Assembly (NCBI GenBank): GCA_003864475.1
Contig: BGZO01000001.1
Span: forward strand, 26,799-90,798
Origin: Candidatus Termititenax persephonae
Lineage (GTDB): Bacteria > Margulisbacteria > Termititenacia > Termititenacales > Termititenacaceae
Direction of reading: 5' to 3'
DNA length: 64,000 bases
This document shows positions 36,515 through 47,496 of the stretch, one piece after another; positions within the stretch are counted from its first letter, which is position 1, and each line of letters starts with the position of its first letter. Under the pieces are notes generated by a model that ran no database searches, was not told the origin of the DNA, and worked only from the letters and a program-made list of their open reading frames with translations. A program made the translations under genes and the position numbers.

Positions 36515-38236
36515 ATGAGAATTTCCCAGATGCTGCTGCCGACACTGCGCGAGGACCCCGCGGATGCCGAGATTATCAGCCACAAATTGCTCGTGCGCGC
36601 GGGGCTGATTCAGAAGGCCGCCGCGGGTATTTACAGTTATTTGCCTCTGGGGTACCGCGTCATCCGCAAGGTCGAGAATATCATCCGCGCCGAGATGAAT
36701 AGGGCGGGGGCGCAGGAAGTTTTGTTGCCTGTGGTCGTTCCGGCGGAGCTTTGGCAGCAGTCGGGACGCTGGGAAAAATACGGCAAAGAGCTGCTGCGTT
36801 TCAAGGACCGCAAGGACGCGGACTATTGTCTGGGACCGACGCACGAGGAAGTTATCACGTCTCTGGCGCGGTCGTTCATTCATTCGTACAGGCAGTTGCC
36901 GCTCAATCTTTATCAGATTCAAACCAAGTTTCGCGACGAAATCCGCCCGCGCTTTGGTCTGATGCGTGGCCGCGAGTTTATTATGAAAGACGCATATTCT
37001 TTTCACGCTTCGCCGGAGTCGCTCGATGCCGAATACCAAAATATGCGCGAGACGTACTGCCGCATTTTTACGGCCTGCGGTTTGCAATACAAAATAGTGC
37101 AGGCGGACAGCGGTAATATCGGCGGCTCGGTCTCCCAGGAATTTATGGTGCTGGCGGAGAACGGCGAGGACGGCCTCTTGTCCTGTGCCAAGTGCGATTA
37201 TTCTGCCAACCTTGAGGCGGCTGTCTCCCATGTCGATATTCCGCGCGGCGGCCAGGCTTCACCTGCCGTTACGGAAGCCGTCCGCGAAATCTCCACGCCC
37301 CAGCGGAAATCTATCGAAGAAGTCTCCGCGTTTTTGCAAGTCGCGCCGGAAAAGTTAATCAAGACGCTGGTTTATTATTATAAGAAAAATGCCCGAGAGG
37401 ATTATGTCGTGGTCTTATTGCGCGGCGGCGACCAGCTCAATGAGATTAAGCTGAAAAATTACCTCGGCGCGGATGTGGTATTGCCGGCGGAGGACAGCGC
37501 GGTCGAAAAAATTACGGGTGTCGAGCCAGGTTTTTGCGGCCCCGTGGGCTTGACCAAGGCACGGATTGTGGCGGACGAGCTGGTTAAGGCCGGCGGCGCG
37601 GGCGTAACCGGAGCGAATAAAAAAGATACGCATTTGCTCAATGTCGTGCCGGGGCGGGATTTTGCGCTGACCGAGACGGCGGATTTGCGTCTGGCGCGTC
37701 CCGGCGAAAAATGTCCGCATTGCGGCGCACCGCTGGAGGCTGTCCGCGGCATCGAAGTGGGGCATATTTTTAAGCTGGGGACGAGGTACTCCGAGGCCAT
37801 GCAGGCGGAATATCTCGACCAGTCCGGCGTGAGCCGCCCTTTCCTCATGGGCTGTTATGGCATTGGCGTGGGGCGTACAGTGGCGGCGGCAGTCGAACAG
37901 CACTTTGACGACAGTGGCATTGTCTGGCCGCAAGCCTTGGCTCCGTATCATTGCGTGGTCATGCCCGCCGCGGCGCGGGACCAGGGGCAGCTGGCGGTGG
38001 CGGAAAAAATTTATCAAGAGTTGCTGGCCGCCGGAGTGGAAGTTCTCCTTGACGACCGCGACGAGCGGATTGGCGTAAAATTAAAAGACATGGAGTTGAT
38101 GGGCATTGCCAGCCGGGTCGTGGTCGGCAAGGCTTTGAGCGAGGGCAAGGTGGAATTCCGCCTGCGTCAGGCCAAGGACAATGAAATGTTCCCGCTGGCC
38201 GAGGCGGGCAAAAAAGTTTTAGAGAGACTGGCATGA
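36515..38236 (+). CDS. proS: proline-tRNA ligase (bacterial type with editing domain)
   Basis: 573 aa with class II aaRS motifs and a ProRS N-terminus MRISQMLLPTLRE. Confidence 0.9.
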   Translation: MRISQMLLPTLREDPADAEIISHKLLVRAGLIQKAAAGIYSYLPLGYRVIRKVENIIRAEMNRAGAQEVLLPVVVPAELWQQSGRWEKYGKELLRFKDRKDADYCLGPTHEEVITSLARSFIHSYRQLPLNLYQIQTKFRDEIRPRFGLMRGREFIMKDAYSFHASPESLDAEYQNMRETYCRIFTACGLQYKIVQADSGNIGGSVSQEFMVLAENGEDGLLSCAKCDYSANLEAAVSHVDIPRGGQASPAVTEAVREISTPQRKSIEEVSAFLQVAPEKLIKTLVYYYKKNAREDYVVVLLRGGDQLNEIKLKNYLGADVVLPAEDSAVEKITGVEPGFCGPVGLTKARIVADELVKAGGAGVTGANKKDTHLLNVVPGRDFALTETADLRLARPGEKCPHCGAPLEAVRGIEVGHIFKLGTRYSEAMQAEYLDQSGVSRPFLMGCYGIGVGRTVAAAVEQHFDDSGIVWPQALAPYHCVVMPAAARDQGQLAVAEKIYQELLAAGVEVLLDDRDERIGVKLKDMELMGIASRVVVGKALSEGKVEFRLRQAKDNEMFPLAEAGKKVLERLA

Positions 38237-39690
38237 AAGTCTATCTCGCGGGTTTTAATATTGACTCCGAAGTCATTGCGGACTTGCGAGGGGACAGTCG
38301 GCGTTTGGACATCACGCCGGAGACGCTTTCCGCCGCCTATGCGCGTATCTCCCGCGACCCGCGCCCGGTCAATGAATTGCGCCGCGCGGCGCGCGCCGAG
38401 GTGGAAAAAGCGCGTCAGTCCAATCAAGCGATTATTTTTGGTCTCGGGCATAGTTCCGTTGCTGAGCACGCGGTGTTTAACTTTGATGTGCTGGATTTGA
38501 GCCGCCGTGCCATGGAGGAATTAGAAAAATTTCGGCTCTGCTCTTTCACGGAAAAGTCCCAGCGTTATATTACTTTGGACAGCGCTTATTACACGCCGCC
38601 GGAGTTAAGAGCCACGCGCTTTGAGCCGCTTTTTCACGCGCAGGTCAAACAACAGAACGAGTTGTACGGTGCGTTATTGGACAGGCTGAAAGCTTATGTT
38701 TTGCACAGGCACAGTGATTTGGCTGCTGACCCGAAGAACAAAAATTTGCTGGAAGGTTATGCCAAAGAGGACGCACGCTACATTACCTCGCTGGCGACTT
38801 TTTCGCAGGCAGGCATGACGGTCAATGCCCGCAATCTGGAAAAGATGCTGCGGCGTTTTGCCTCCAGTCCTTGTCCGGAAATAAATAATCTCGGCACGGC
38901 CTTGCATGCCTTGGTCAAAGATATCGCGCCGTCGATTATCAAGTACCCGGGAGCCAACGCTTATGACCGCGACACATATCGCGAATTGGCTGAATACACG
39001 CAAAAAACAGCCAATGTTTTTGGCATAACTTCACGAAAAACCAAGGCATGTGCCTTGCTGGATTATACCAAGGGCGGAGACGATAAGATTTTGACCGCCT
39101 TGGCTGTCAAATCTGCCAATCTAGATTGGCGGTCGTCCACCCGGCTGGTCAAGAAGCTGAAAAAATCCCAGAAAAAAGAGATGTTCAGACTTTGCGTCAA
39201 GAACATGCAGGCTTGGGACCAGATGCTCCGGGAGTTTGAATTGGTGGATTTGACTTTTGAATTGGTCGTGTCGGCGAGTTGTTTTGCCCAGTTGAAACGC
39301 CACCGCCTGGCCACTTTACTGTCCGCCGACTATGACCCCGCCCTAGGTTTGCGTGTGCCGTCGGCGATTGAGGCGGTCGGTCTGGCGGAAGAGTTTGTCC
39401 GGGTGGCGGAGGCGAGCGCCGAATTGTCCGCCGAGATTGGGCAGGAATTTCCTCGGGCGGCGGGTTATCTCCTGACCAATGCCCATCAGCGGCGCGTGAT
39501 TTGCCGCGTCAATCTGCGCGAGCTTTACCACATCTCCAGACTGCGCGAGGACGCGCATGCCCAATGGGACATTCGGGAAATCACGGCACAGATGACGGCT
39601 CTGGCCAGAAAAGTCCTGCCCCTGACCGCCTCTTTTATCGGCGGCAAGGATGCCTGCTCGGAATTGCGGCGCAGGCAGATTACAACTTGA
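38233..39690 (+). CDS. thyX: FAD-dependent thymidylate synthase ThyX, tandem-domain (485 aa)
   Basis: The first half carries the ThyX signature ([10 protein letters not shown]...SFTEKSQRY, i.e. RHR/S...SxRY-type). The second half keeps RHRLAT but is degenerate. Twice the usual ThyX length. Confidence 0.6.
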   Translation: MKVYLAGFNIDSEVIADLRGDSRRLDITPETLSAAYARISRDPRPVNELRRAARAEVEKARQSNQAIIFGLGHSSVAEHAVFNFDVLDLSRRAMEELEKFRLCSFTEKSQRYITLDSAYYTPPELRATRFEPLFHAQVKQQNELYGALLDRLKAYVLHRHSDLAADPKNKNLLEGYAKEDARYITSLATFSQAGMTVNARNLEKMLRRFASSPCPEINNLGTALHALVKDIAPSIIKYPGANAYDRDTYRELAEYTQKTANVFGITSRKTKACALLDYTKGGDDKILTALAVKSANLDWRSSTRLVKKLKKSQKKEMFRLCVKNMQAWDQMLREFELVDLTFELVVSASCFAQLKRHRLATLLSADYDPALGLRVPSAIEAVGLAEEFVRVAEASAELSAEIGQEFPRAAGYLLTNAHQRRVICRVNLRELYHISRLREDAHAQWDIREITAQMTALARKVLPLTASFIGGKDACSELRRRQITT

Positions 39691-41827
39691 ACAGCATCTC
39701 CGCGTAAGTCGGCACTGGCCAAATATCTGCGGGAGTGATGACCTCCAGAGCGTCAATGTCCTCGCGCAGGGCGGAGAGGGCGACAAACACCTCGTCACGG
39801 GCAATAGTCGCCTGCTTGGTCGCGTCATCGGCGGCCTTGGCTAAAGCGGCGGCGGCGGCCAGCGCGGCGGTCTTCTTGTCTATGGCGGAGAGCAGGCGGC
39901 TGGCGTTATCCAGCAGTTTTTCCTGCACCGTGGTCGAGACGGCCGCCGCCTTGAGATTCTTAATCTGTTTGGCCAGCTTAGCCGCAAGGTTTAACGCCGT
40001 GGGGATATACAGCGTCTTGGCCATACGCACCGCCGTCTGCGCCTCAATATTGATGTGCTTATAATACTGTTCGATGTAAATCTCGTAGCGGGAGTGCAGT
40101 TCGTCCTTGGTCAATACGCCGTATTTCTCGTACAGTTTCTGCGCTTTCGGTGTGAGATAGGCTTTCAACGCGTCGACCGTGTTTTTCACATTAGGCAGAC
40201 CGCGTTTTTCCGCTTCCTGTGGCCATTCTTCAGTGTAGCCGTTGCCGTTGAAAATCACGCGGCCATGTTTTTCCATGACTTCCTTGACATAAGCGGCGAC
40301 TTCCGTGTTGACATCTTTGGCTTTTTCCAAGCGGCCAGCCAATTCGTCCAGAGCCTCCGCTACGATGGTGTTCAGCGTAACGTTTGGTCCCGAAATCGAT
40401 GCCGATGAGCCGACCATGCGGAACTCAAACTTATTACCCGTGAAAGCAAACGGCGAGGTGCGGTTGCGGTCAGAATTGTCTAGGGGCAGGGCGGGGAGCG
40501 TATCCACGCCGAGTTTCAAAAATTCCTTGCCGCCAGCCTTGTATTTTTCACCGCGGGCAATGGAGTTCAGCACGGCATTCAAGGTGTCGCCCAGAAAGAT
40601 GGAAATGATTCCGGGAGGAGCCTCATTGGCTCCTAGGCGATGGTCATTGCCGCTGGTGGCGCAGGTGGCGCGCAGTATATCGGCGTGCGTGTCAACGGCC
40701 TTGATGACCGCGGCGCAAAAGGCCAAAAACTGCTCGTTGGCTTCCGGGGTCTTGCCCGGCTCCAGCAGATTCTGGCCGTCGTCCGTGGACAGCGACCAGT
40801 TATTGTGTTTGCCGTTGCCGTTGATGCCCGCGTAAGGCTTCTCATGCAGCAGGCAGGCCATGCCGTGCCGCAGAGCAACCTTCTGAATCGTCTCCATGAG
40901 TAGCTGATTGTGGTCGGCGGCGATGTTCGTTGTGGAGAAAACTGGCGCAATCTCGAACTGGCTGGGGGCGACTTCATTGTGCTTGGTCTTGGCGAGAATG
41001 CCCATTTTCCACAACTCAATGTCCAAGTCTTTCATAAAAACAGACACCCGGTCTTTAATCGCGCCGAAATATTGGTCTTCCAGTTCCTGCCCTTTGGGCG
41101 ATGCCGCGCCGAACAATGTGCGTCCCGTCATCAGCAAATCCAGGCGCTTCAGGTAAAAATCCCGGTCAATTAAAAAATATTCCTGCTCCGGCCCGACAGT
41201 CGAAAGCACGGTGGAGGCGGTCTTATTGCCAAAAGTTTTCAATACCCGCAGGGCCTGTTTGGACACGGCGTTCATCGAACGCAGTAGCGGGGTTTTCTTG
41301 TCCAGCGCATGTCCAGTGTAGGAGCAGAATGCTGTCGGTATGCACAGGGTTACGTCCCCCGCCGCATCGGTCTTCAAGAAGACCGGGGAGGTAACGTCCC
41401 AAGCCGTGTAGCCGCGCGCCTCAAAGGTCGCCCGCAGACCGCCGCTGGGAAAAGACGAAGCGTCCGGCTCGCCTTTGATGAGCTGTTTGCCGGAAAATTC
41501 CATGATGATGCCGCCGTCCTCGGTGGGATTAATGAAAGAATCATGCTTCTCCGCGGTGATATTGGTCAGCGGCTGAAACCAATGCGTGTAATGCGACGCG
41601 CCTTTTTCTATCGCCCAGTCCTTAATCGCGTTGGCGACGACATCGGCGACATCGCCCGTCAATTCAGTCTGCCCGGACAGCACTTTTTTCAGCGCTTGGT
41701 AAGTGTCTTTGGGCAGACGCTCCCTCATCGCCTTGTCATTGAACACATTGGAGCCGAACAACTCCGTGATATCTGGTTTTTTCTCGCAACAGCCCATGAT
41801 TCCCTCCTCAAATTTTTTAAATACCAA
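39680..41827 (-). CDS. glnN: glutamine synthetase type III (GlnN)
   Basis: 715 aa, with conserved GS catalytic blocks in a type III-length protein (MGCCEKK N-terminus typical of GSIII). Confidence 0.8.
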   Translation of the reverse strand: MVFKKFEEGIMGCCEKKPDITELFGSNVFNDKAMRERLPKDTYQALKKVLSGQTELTGDVADVVANAIKDWAIEKGASHYTHWFQPLTNITAEKHDSFINPTEDGGIIMEFSGKQLIKGEPDASSFPSGGLRATFEARGYTAWDVTSPVFLKTDAAGDVTLCIPTAFCSYTGHALDKKTPLLRSMNAVSKQALRVLKTFGNKTASTVLSTVGPEQEYFLIDRDFYLKRLDLLMTGRTLFGAASPKGQELEDQYFGAIKDRVSVFMKDLDIELWKMGILAKTKHNEVAPSQFEIAPVFSTTNIAADHNQLLMETIQKVALRHGMACLLHEKPYAGINGNGKHNNWSLSTDDGQNLLEPGKTPEANEQFLAFCAAVIKAVDTHADILRATCATSGNDHRLGANEAPPGIISIFLGDTLNAVLNSIARGEKYKAGGKEFLKLGVDTLPALPLDNSDRNRTSPFAFTGNKFEFRMVGSSASISGPNVTLNTIVAEALDELAGRLEKAKDVNTEVAAYVKEVMEKHGRVIFNGNGYTEEWPQEAEKRGLPNVKNTVDALKAYLTPKAQKLYEKYGVLTKDELHSRYEIYIEQYYKHINIEAQTAVRMAKTLYIPTALNLAAKLAKQIKNLKAAAVSTTVQEKLLDNASRLLSAIDKKTAALAAAAALAKAADDATKQATIARDEVFVALSALREDIDALEVITPADIWPVPTYAEMLFKL

Positions 41828-41993
41828 ATTCTGCCCTTTAGTCTAACATGCTTTATGCCAAGCCCAAAAAATGCGCTTAATAAGCCAAAAACAGGAGAAA
41901 CCACCAAGTCGACAAGACAAAAATGTAACTTTTTTTTGCAAAAAATTACAGAAATGTTGGGCAATCTGGTAAATTCTTGCAATTTTCCGCAAT

Positions 41994-42263
41994 ATGGCAG
42001 ATGGCGAAACTTATTCTTTTGAGTTCCTATCTAGCGAAATGACAGTAACTCGCAAGGGCGGCGAATTTTTCCTAGACAGTAATACTCATCCCGCCAGTAA
42101 AGATTTTATAATTGCTTTCATGAGAAATCAATTTATAGCAGAATTTATAGTAGCCAAAGAACAAAATAGAGAACAGGAATTATTGGATAAATTACGAAAT
42201 ATGCAACAACCTGCACAGGCTGTACAAGACAATCAGGCAATGAAGCAAGCTCTGTCCCATTAA
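41994..42263 (+). CDS. hypothetical protein (89 aa), AT-rich
   Basis: ORF in a low-GC islet. No family recognised. Confidence 0.35.
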   Translation: MADGETYSFEFLSSEMTVTRKGGEFFLDSNTHPASKDFIIAFMRNQFIAEFIVAKEQNREQELLDKLRNMQQPAQAVQDNQAMKQALSH

Positions 42264-42332
42264 ATTGACTTTTTAGCCGTATATATGTAAAAAACAGGGT
42301 ATAAGTTAGATAATGAATTTACGGGAGTTACA

Positions 42333-43337
42333 ATGAATATTTCTTCAGAAAATTTTGCCCCCAACAGAGTTTCGACAGCGGCGACAACTGTTAGCGCAAA
42401 CGTTGTGCCAGCAAAAACACCAATAATTCGCAATAAAATCCCGCCGACTGGTGTTACTTTTGAGCCGATCAGCGTTTTTGATCCGGCAAATGTCTGGCAA
42501 GGGTTGATCCAACATTCCGAATCAGGCAAAATGTCCCTGTTAAAAGAAATCAAGAATGATCCCGCCAAAATCCAGCACACACCTTACGCTAACGATTTTG
42601 ACTTTGTCACCCAGGCCTTGCTTTCTCTTGAGAACATAGAAGACAAGTTAGCTCTAGTCAAATATATAGGTTACGATGCGGCGGTCAAATTAACAGAAAT
42701 TACCCCGCACTACATATATTTTGTCGCGGACGATGTTGCTAAACAGTTGATCACCGAACACGACCCGCATTTGCTTAGCTTTGCCAAAGATACGATGGCC
42801 GTCGAACTGATCATGGAGGATCACAAACTGCTGGCCTTTGCCGAGAATGAGTTAGCAACTTATATTAACCAGGTTACGCCGCAATTGCTGGACGAAACCC
42901 TGGAGTACCTCAAAACAAATAAACAAGAACTGGCCTATGTTAATAATCTTGTGGCTTTAAAAATGCTTACTTTAAAGCCTATTGAAACCAATGTGGCAGA
43001 GTATTTGCCGTACATGAACGAAAGTCTGACGTTATCAGTATGCAAACAAAATCCTCTGTTAATTTGGTATGTCAATGAAGATCTGCTGGAAAAACCTGAT
43101 TTTGTTTTGGCTGTTTTAGAAGCTTATCAGGCCAAACCTCAATATTACACAGACGACAACGGTCAGCAAGAGCGTAACGATTTGCTACCTCATCTCTGGG
43201 CGGTCAATGAACGCCGTGTCAAAGCTGGACAGCCAGCCAATCCGCTCCTTTCCGATCATGATTTTTTACGCCAGTGTGAACAACTTGGCGACACTGCTGC
43301 CAGCCTGCTTTTACGCAAACTGGACTCTAATCTGTAG
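42333..43337 (+). CDS. hypothetical protein with DUF4116-like repeats (334 aa), AT-rich
   Basis: Repeated segments of the form L..Y..EDLL.KPDFVLAVLE resemble the DUF4116 repeat. Low GC. Confidence 0.4.
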   Translation: MNISSENFAPNRVSTAATTVSANVVPAKTPIIRNKIPPTGVTFEPISVFDPANVWQGLIQHSESGKMSLLKEIKNDPAKIQHTPYANDFDFVTQALLSLENIEDKLALVKYIGYDAAVKLTEITPHYIYFVADDVAKQLITEHDPHLLSFAKDTMAVELIMEDHKLLAFAENELATYINQVTPQLLDETLEYLKTNKQELAYVNNLVALKMLTLKPIETNVAEYLPYMNESLTLSVCKQNPLLIWYVNEDLLEKPDFVLAVLEAYQAKPQYYTDDNGQQERNDLLPHLWAVNERRVKAGQPANPLLSDHDFLRQCEQLGDTAASLLLRKLDSNL

Positions 43338-43416
43338 TTCAGCCGCACCAGTTACACCCCCCTCACCAATCCCTCAAGATACGGAATTCGCGGTCGATGG
43401 TGCGAGATAATTTGCC

Positions 43417-44997
43417 CTATCGATAATTCTTATAGTCAATATTGTACTGCTTCATCTTGTAGCCGACCACGCGGACGGTTACGCGCAGTAGCTCGGCGGT
43501 TTTGCTGATATTGCCGCGCGTCGCCTTGAGCGCATCGATGATGAGGTCTTTCTCGTAAGTAGCGACTTTCTCGGCAAAAGAGATGTCCTCGGCGCGTTCT
43601 TTTTGCGTACTGGTCTGCAGAGAGGGCGGCAGATGATGCCCGTGAATCGTCTCGCCGTCGCAGACCAAGACCGCGCGTTCGATACAGTTTTCCAGTTCGC
43701 GCACATTGCCCGGCCAATGATAGGTCATCATCATATCGATGGCTGGCGTGGAGATGCGGTTGATTTTTTTGTTATTTTCCTCGGCGTAGGTTTTGAGGAA
43801 ATGCTCTGCCAAGAGCAGAATATCCGTCCGTCGGTCGCGCAGGGGCGGCAGGAAAATGCAAAAGACATTGAGGCGGTAGTAGAGGTCTTCACGGAAAAGC
43901 CCGTCCTTAATCATGGCTTCCAAGTTTTTATTGGTTGCGGAGATGAGCCGAAAATTGGTCTTGATGGTCTCGATGCCGCCGACGCGCTCAAACTCTTTTT
44001 CCTGCAGGACGCGCAGTAGCTTGACCTGGGTGGGCATGGAGAGGTCGCCCACCTCGTCGAGCAAAATCGTGCCGCCGTGCGCCAGCTCAAACTTGCCTTT
44101 CTTTTGCTGATGCGCGTCCGTGAACGCGCCTTTTTCGTGGCCGAAAAGCTCCGCCTCAATCAGCTCCGCGGGTATCGCCGCGCAATTGACCTTGACGAAA
44201 GGCTTGGCGGAACGGATGGAATTATAATGAATGGCGTGGGCGACCAGTTCCTTGCCCGTACCGGATTCGCCGCGAATCAGGATGGAAGCGTTGCCCTTGG
44301 AGGCCTGGTGGATTTGCACATACACGTCATGCATCTGGCTGCTGTTGCCGATGATGTTCGTAAAATTAAATTTCTCGCTCAACTGCGAGCGCAGTTTTTC
44401 CGCCTCGGCGCGGAGCTTGTCGCGCTCCTCATTGATGGCGCGGTGGATTTTTACCGCCTGCCCGACCATCGAGGAGATAATCGTCAGCAGGCGCAAATCC
44501 TCGTCCAGCGAAATATCTTTTTGAAACAATTTGTCCACGCTCAGTGCGCCGATGGTTTCCTTGCCGATTTTTATCGGCACGCAGATAAATGAAATGTTTT
44601 TCTTGTCCAGTTCGTTGCGGGATTTGGTTTTGTTGAGAAAACGCGGCTCATCATTGATATTGGAAATTACCATAGGCTTGCCGCTGCTGGCGACCTTGCC
44701 CGTGATGCCTTCACCCAGCTTGTAATGCCCGCGCTTTCTTGCGTCGTAGGACATGCCGTGCGCCGCCTCGATAAGCAAGTCGTCGGTGTAGGGTTTCAGC
44801 AGGGTAATCGTGCCGCGGGTCATGCCCATTTTGCGTGAGAGAATGTCCAGCAGGGTGTTCAAAATGTCTTGCAAATCGGTGGAAATATTGATTTTTTGGC
44901 TCAACTCTAGGAGAACGCTCAGTTCTTCTAATTCACGGGTGCCCCTGCTGCTCATTATGATTAAATTATAACACAAATTTACAAAAATGTAAGACAA
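43417..44997 (-). CDS. sigma-54-dependent transcriptional activator (GAF - AAA+ - Fis-type HTH)
   Basis: Walker [15 protein letters not shown] (GAFTGA-type sigma-54 contact motif) and a C-terminal HTH. The N-terminal region is GAF-like. Confidence 0.8.
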   Translation of the reverse strand: MSYIFVNLCYNLIIMSSRGTRELEELSVLLELSQKINISTDLQDILNTLLDILSRKMGMTRGTITLLKPYTDDLLIEAAHGMSYDARKRGHYKLGEGITGKVASSGKPMVISNINDEPRFLNKTKSRNELDKKNISFICVPIKIGKETIGALSVDKLFQKDISLDEDLRLLTIISSMVGQAVKIHRAINEERDKLRAEAEKLRSQLSEKFNFTNIIGNSSQMHDVYVQIHQASKGNASILIRGESGTGKELVAHAIHYNSIRSAKPFVKVNCAAIPAELIEAELFGHEKGAFTDAHQQKKGKFELAHGGTILLDEVGDLSMPTQVKLLRVLQEKEFERVGGIETIKTNFRLISATNKNLEAMIKDGLFREDLYYRLNVFCIFLPPLRDRRTDILLLAEHFLKTYAEENNKKINRISTPAIDMMMTYHWPGNVRELENCIERAVLVCDGETIHGHHLPPSLQTSTQKERAEDISFAEKVATYEKDLIIDALKATRGNISKTAELLRVTVRVVGYKMKQYNIDYKNYR

Positions 44998-45013
44998 GTA
45001 TTACAATAATGTT

Positions 45014-45700
45014 ATGTTTACTGCTTTAAGCCAATTCTGTAAAAAAATTGGGCTGATTTTGCTCTACAGGCTCGTCTCGCCGACTTTGCGTCTGGACAGC
45101 ACGGAAGTGGACGCGCTGGTTGCCCAATATTTGGGGCAGGGGCGGAGCATCTTATTTTGTAGCTGGCATGAGTTGAGTTTTATCGGGTTTTACTGGTTTC
45201 GCCAGCGCGGGGCCGGGGCGCTGATGGAAGCCTCGCTCAAAGGCGATGTGCTGGCGGCGATGTCTAATTTTTACGGCATCAAGGATTTTCGCGTTACCGA
45301 CGATTACAAAAACCCGCAGACCATCCGTGGCACCGTGGGGTTTATCAAGCACATCAAGCAGGGCAATTGCGGGGTCATCGCTCTGGACGGTCCCAATGGC
45401 CCGCGGCGGGTCGCCAAGCCTGGCATGATTAAGATAGCGCAAAAAACTAACGCCGTGATTTTTCCCATCGCCGCGGCGTATTCGCGCAAGCTGGTTTTGC
45501 GAAGACGCTGGGACAAGTACCAGGTGCCGCTTTTGGGCGCTAAGGCCGCGCTCCGGGTAATGAAGCCGCTCGAAATCCCCGCCAGCTTGACGGAAGAAAA
45601 TGAAAAGGCTCTGTATGAGGAAGTGGTCAGCGATTTAAACAGAGCCATGGAAGTGGCAGAAAAGGCGGTTAAGCCCGGTTCAAGCAATAAAAAAGCCTAG
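45014..45700 (+). CDS. lysophospholipid acyltransferase-like protein (DUF374 family)
   Basis: 228 aa. The GVIALDGPNGPRR block is conserved in DUF374. Confidence 0.5.
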   Translation: MFTALSQFCKKIGLILLYRLVSPTLRLDSTEVDALVAQYLGQGRSILFCSWHELSFIGFYWFRQRGAGALMEASLKGDVLAAMSNFYGIKDFRVTDDYKNPQTIRGTVGFIKHIKQGNCGVIALDGPNGPRRVAKPGMIKIAQKTNAVIFPIAAAYSRKLVLRRRWDKYQVPLLGAKAALRVMKPLEIPASLTEENEKALYEEVVSDLNRAMEVAEKAVKPGSSNKKA

Positions 45701-45718
45701 GCTTACCCAGGCTTTTTT
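45693..45718. terminator. bidirectional terminator AAAAAAGCCTAGGCTTACCCAGGCTTTTTT between convergent genes
   Basis: Palindromic GC stem flanked by A-run and T-run. Confidence 0.6.
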
Positions 45719-45740
45719 GCCAAACCTCGCTTACCAAAAA

Positions 45741-45920
45741 CTAGAGGTCGTAAGGCTTGACCGTAACCCGGCCATTGTCCTTTGTCCTCGCTATGGCTTT
45801 GTCCAGCAGACAAGCCACTTTTTTGCTCAGAGCCTCGATAACCTCTCCGGCAGTCTGGCAATCCTTACTCTTAATATAGTCCTTCACTTTACTTGCCACT
45901 ATCAAAATATCTTCCGCCAT
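45741..45920 (-). CDS. small histone-fold protein (DUF1931-like), 59 aa. Not in the supplied ORF track
   Basis: Minus-strand translation: MAEDILIVASKVKDYIKSKDCQTAGEVIEALSKKVACLLDKAIARTKDNGRVTVKPYDL. It resembles the bacterial DUF1931 / archaeal-histone-like singlet fold (..KS.VK.FIK.....S.EA.EAL...V..LL..A...AK.NGRKTV.P.DL). Confidence 0.55.
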   Translation of the reverse strand: MAEDILIVASKVKDYIKSKDCQTAGEVIEALSKKVACLLDKAIARTKDNGRVTVKPYDL

Positions 45921-45988
45921 CGCACACCTCCCAAAAAAATTTGCATATCTGGTTAATTTTAGCCAAGCGTTTTGACGCTTGTCAAACG

Positions 45989-46870
45989 TTATTTTTCGGC
46001 TGGCAGATTGTCGAGGAGAGAGTTTTTCAGAATGTCAAGCGGAATTTCCGCCAGCGGAATGCCCGTAAAGAGATGGAAAGCCAGGACTCCCTGCCAGAGC
46101 AACATGCCCCAGCCCTCATGGGTCCGCGCTCCCCGGTCTGCGGCGTTCTTTAAAAACAATGTCCGGCGCGGATGGTAAACTATGTCGGAAAAAATCTGCC
46201 CGGCACGGATTTGGGCGAGCAGCCCCGGTTCGGGCAGGATAGTGGAGTGGGTGTCAGGGAGCATCCCGACCGAGGTGGCATTTATAACTAGGTCAGCCTC
46301 GTTAAGTAAGCGGGGCATATTGAGCAGAAATTTTTTGTCAATAATCTCCAAGTTCGGAAATTTAGCAAACAAGCGGATAATAGCGGGGGCTTTGGTTAAA
46401 TCACGCACAATAATCCACACTTTATCCGCCGTTTTTTGCAAAGCGTAGGCCATAGCCTGCGCCGCGCCGCCGCTGCCAAAAAGGACGATTTTTTTGCCCC
46501 GCGGGTCGATGCCGTCCATGTCTAGCGAGCGCAGGTAACCCTCGCCGTCCGTGCTGTACCCGGTCAGACCGCCCGCGCGACAGACCAGCGTGTTGACCGA
46601 GCCGCACTCCCGCGCGCCCGCAGCCAGCTCGGCGCACAAGGCCACGGCGGCTTTCTTATGCGGGACGGTTATATTTGCCCCCCAGAAACTTGGGTCTGAC
46701 CGCAAGTCCGCCAGTACTCTGGTCAAATCCGCTGGCGGGACTTCTAATTTTTCGTAAACGTAGTCCAGACCCAAAGCCCGGTAGGCGGCGTTGTGCATGG
46801 CGGGCGACAGGCTATGCCCGAGCGGATAACCGAGAAGGTAGATTTTTTTTACCATTTTTTGCCGAGCCAT
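45989..46870 (-). CDS. aroE: shikimate dehydrogenase
   Basis: LGYPLGHSLSPAMHNAAYRALGL N-terminus and Rossmann GSGGAAQA. Confidence 0.85.
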   Translation of the reverse strand: MARQKMVKKIYLLGYPLGHSLSPAMHNAAYRALGLDYVYEKLEVPPADLTRVLADLRSDPSFWGANITVPHKKAAVALCAELAAGARECGSVNTLVCRAGGLTGYSTDGEGYLRSLDMDGIDPRGKKIVLFGSGGAAQAMAYALQKTADKVWIIVRDLTKAPAIIRLFAKFPNLEIIDKKFLLNMPRLLNEADLVINATSVGMLPDTHSTILPEPGLLAQIRAGQIFSDIVYHPRRTLFLKNAADRGARTHEGWGMLLWQGVLAFHLFTGIPLAEIPLDILKNSLLDNLPAEK

Positions 46871-47496
46871 TCTTGCGGATTGACCCTTACATTATGCACG
46901 GACAGGCCAAAATGTAAATGCGGCCCGGTGGACTGCCCGGTGTTGCCGCTGTAGGCGATGAGCGCGTTCTTGGTTACGTACTGATTTTTTTGTACCAAGA
47001 GCGCGTCGAGATGGCTGTAGATGCTCATCACGCCCTGCCCGTGGTCGAGGACGATTATGCCGCCATTGACCTGCATCATCTCGGCGACGGAGATTACTCC
47101 ATTCTGCACGGCATAGACAGGGGTGCGTCGTTTGGCGGCAAAATCCATGCCGCGGTGCGACCAAGAATAAAGCGGCCGTCCGGCTTGGTCTCGGTAATGA
47201 CGCTGTACGCCATAAGGCGAGGTGATTGGCGCTTGGGTATTGCGCAAGGGATGACCGAAAGCTCCGGTTACATACGAGCCGTTCTTGCGTTCCCGAAAAG
47301 CCGCGCCGAGCAGGCGATTCTCGCGCAGTAAGGCAGTGGTGTCCGTCGCGCCCTCCTGCTGTTTTTGCTGGGAGATGGTCAGCGTCTCGGTGTCAAACTT
47401 AGCGTCGCGTAGCCGGATGACCGCGGATTGGCGGAGAGTTTTGCCGTTCTGCTGGTACGTTACTTCCAACAAATAATTGCCAGTCGCCCAGTCCAT
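46849..47496 (-). CDS. M23 family metallopeptidase (mature domain; the N-terminal signal peptide is encoded in another frame at 47669-47710, see findings)
   Basis: HRGMDFAAKRRTPVYAVQNGVI and the HxH region (IYSHLD). The frame is open upstream to 47686 without ATG. The signal peptide MLKKLLILIWLAGG sits one frame off across a G6 run. Confidence 0.7.
   Translation of the reverse strand: MDWATGNYLLEVTYQQNGKTLRQSAVIRLRDAKFDTETLTISQQKQQEGATDTTALLRENRLLGAAFRERKNGSYVTGAFGHPLRNTQAPITSPYGVQRHYRDQAGRPLYSWSHRGMDFAAKRRTPVYAVQNGVISVAEMMQVNGGIIVLDHGQGVMSIYSHLDALLVQKNQYVTKNALIAYSGNTGQSTGPHLHFGLSVHNVRVNPQEWLGKKW

Noticed and set aside
41955-41980. Sigma-54-like element TGGTAAATTCTTGCA upstream of the 41994 ORF (and a TGGCAC...GC element at 7521-7536).
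   Set aside because: The GG-to-GC spacing is 9 or 11 rather than the required 10, so both are probably chance matches.
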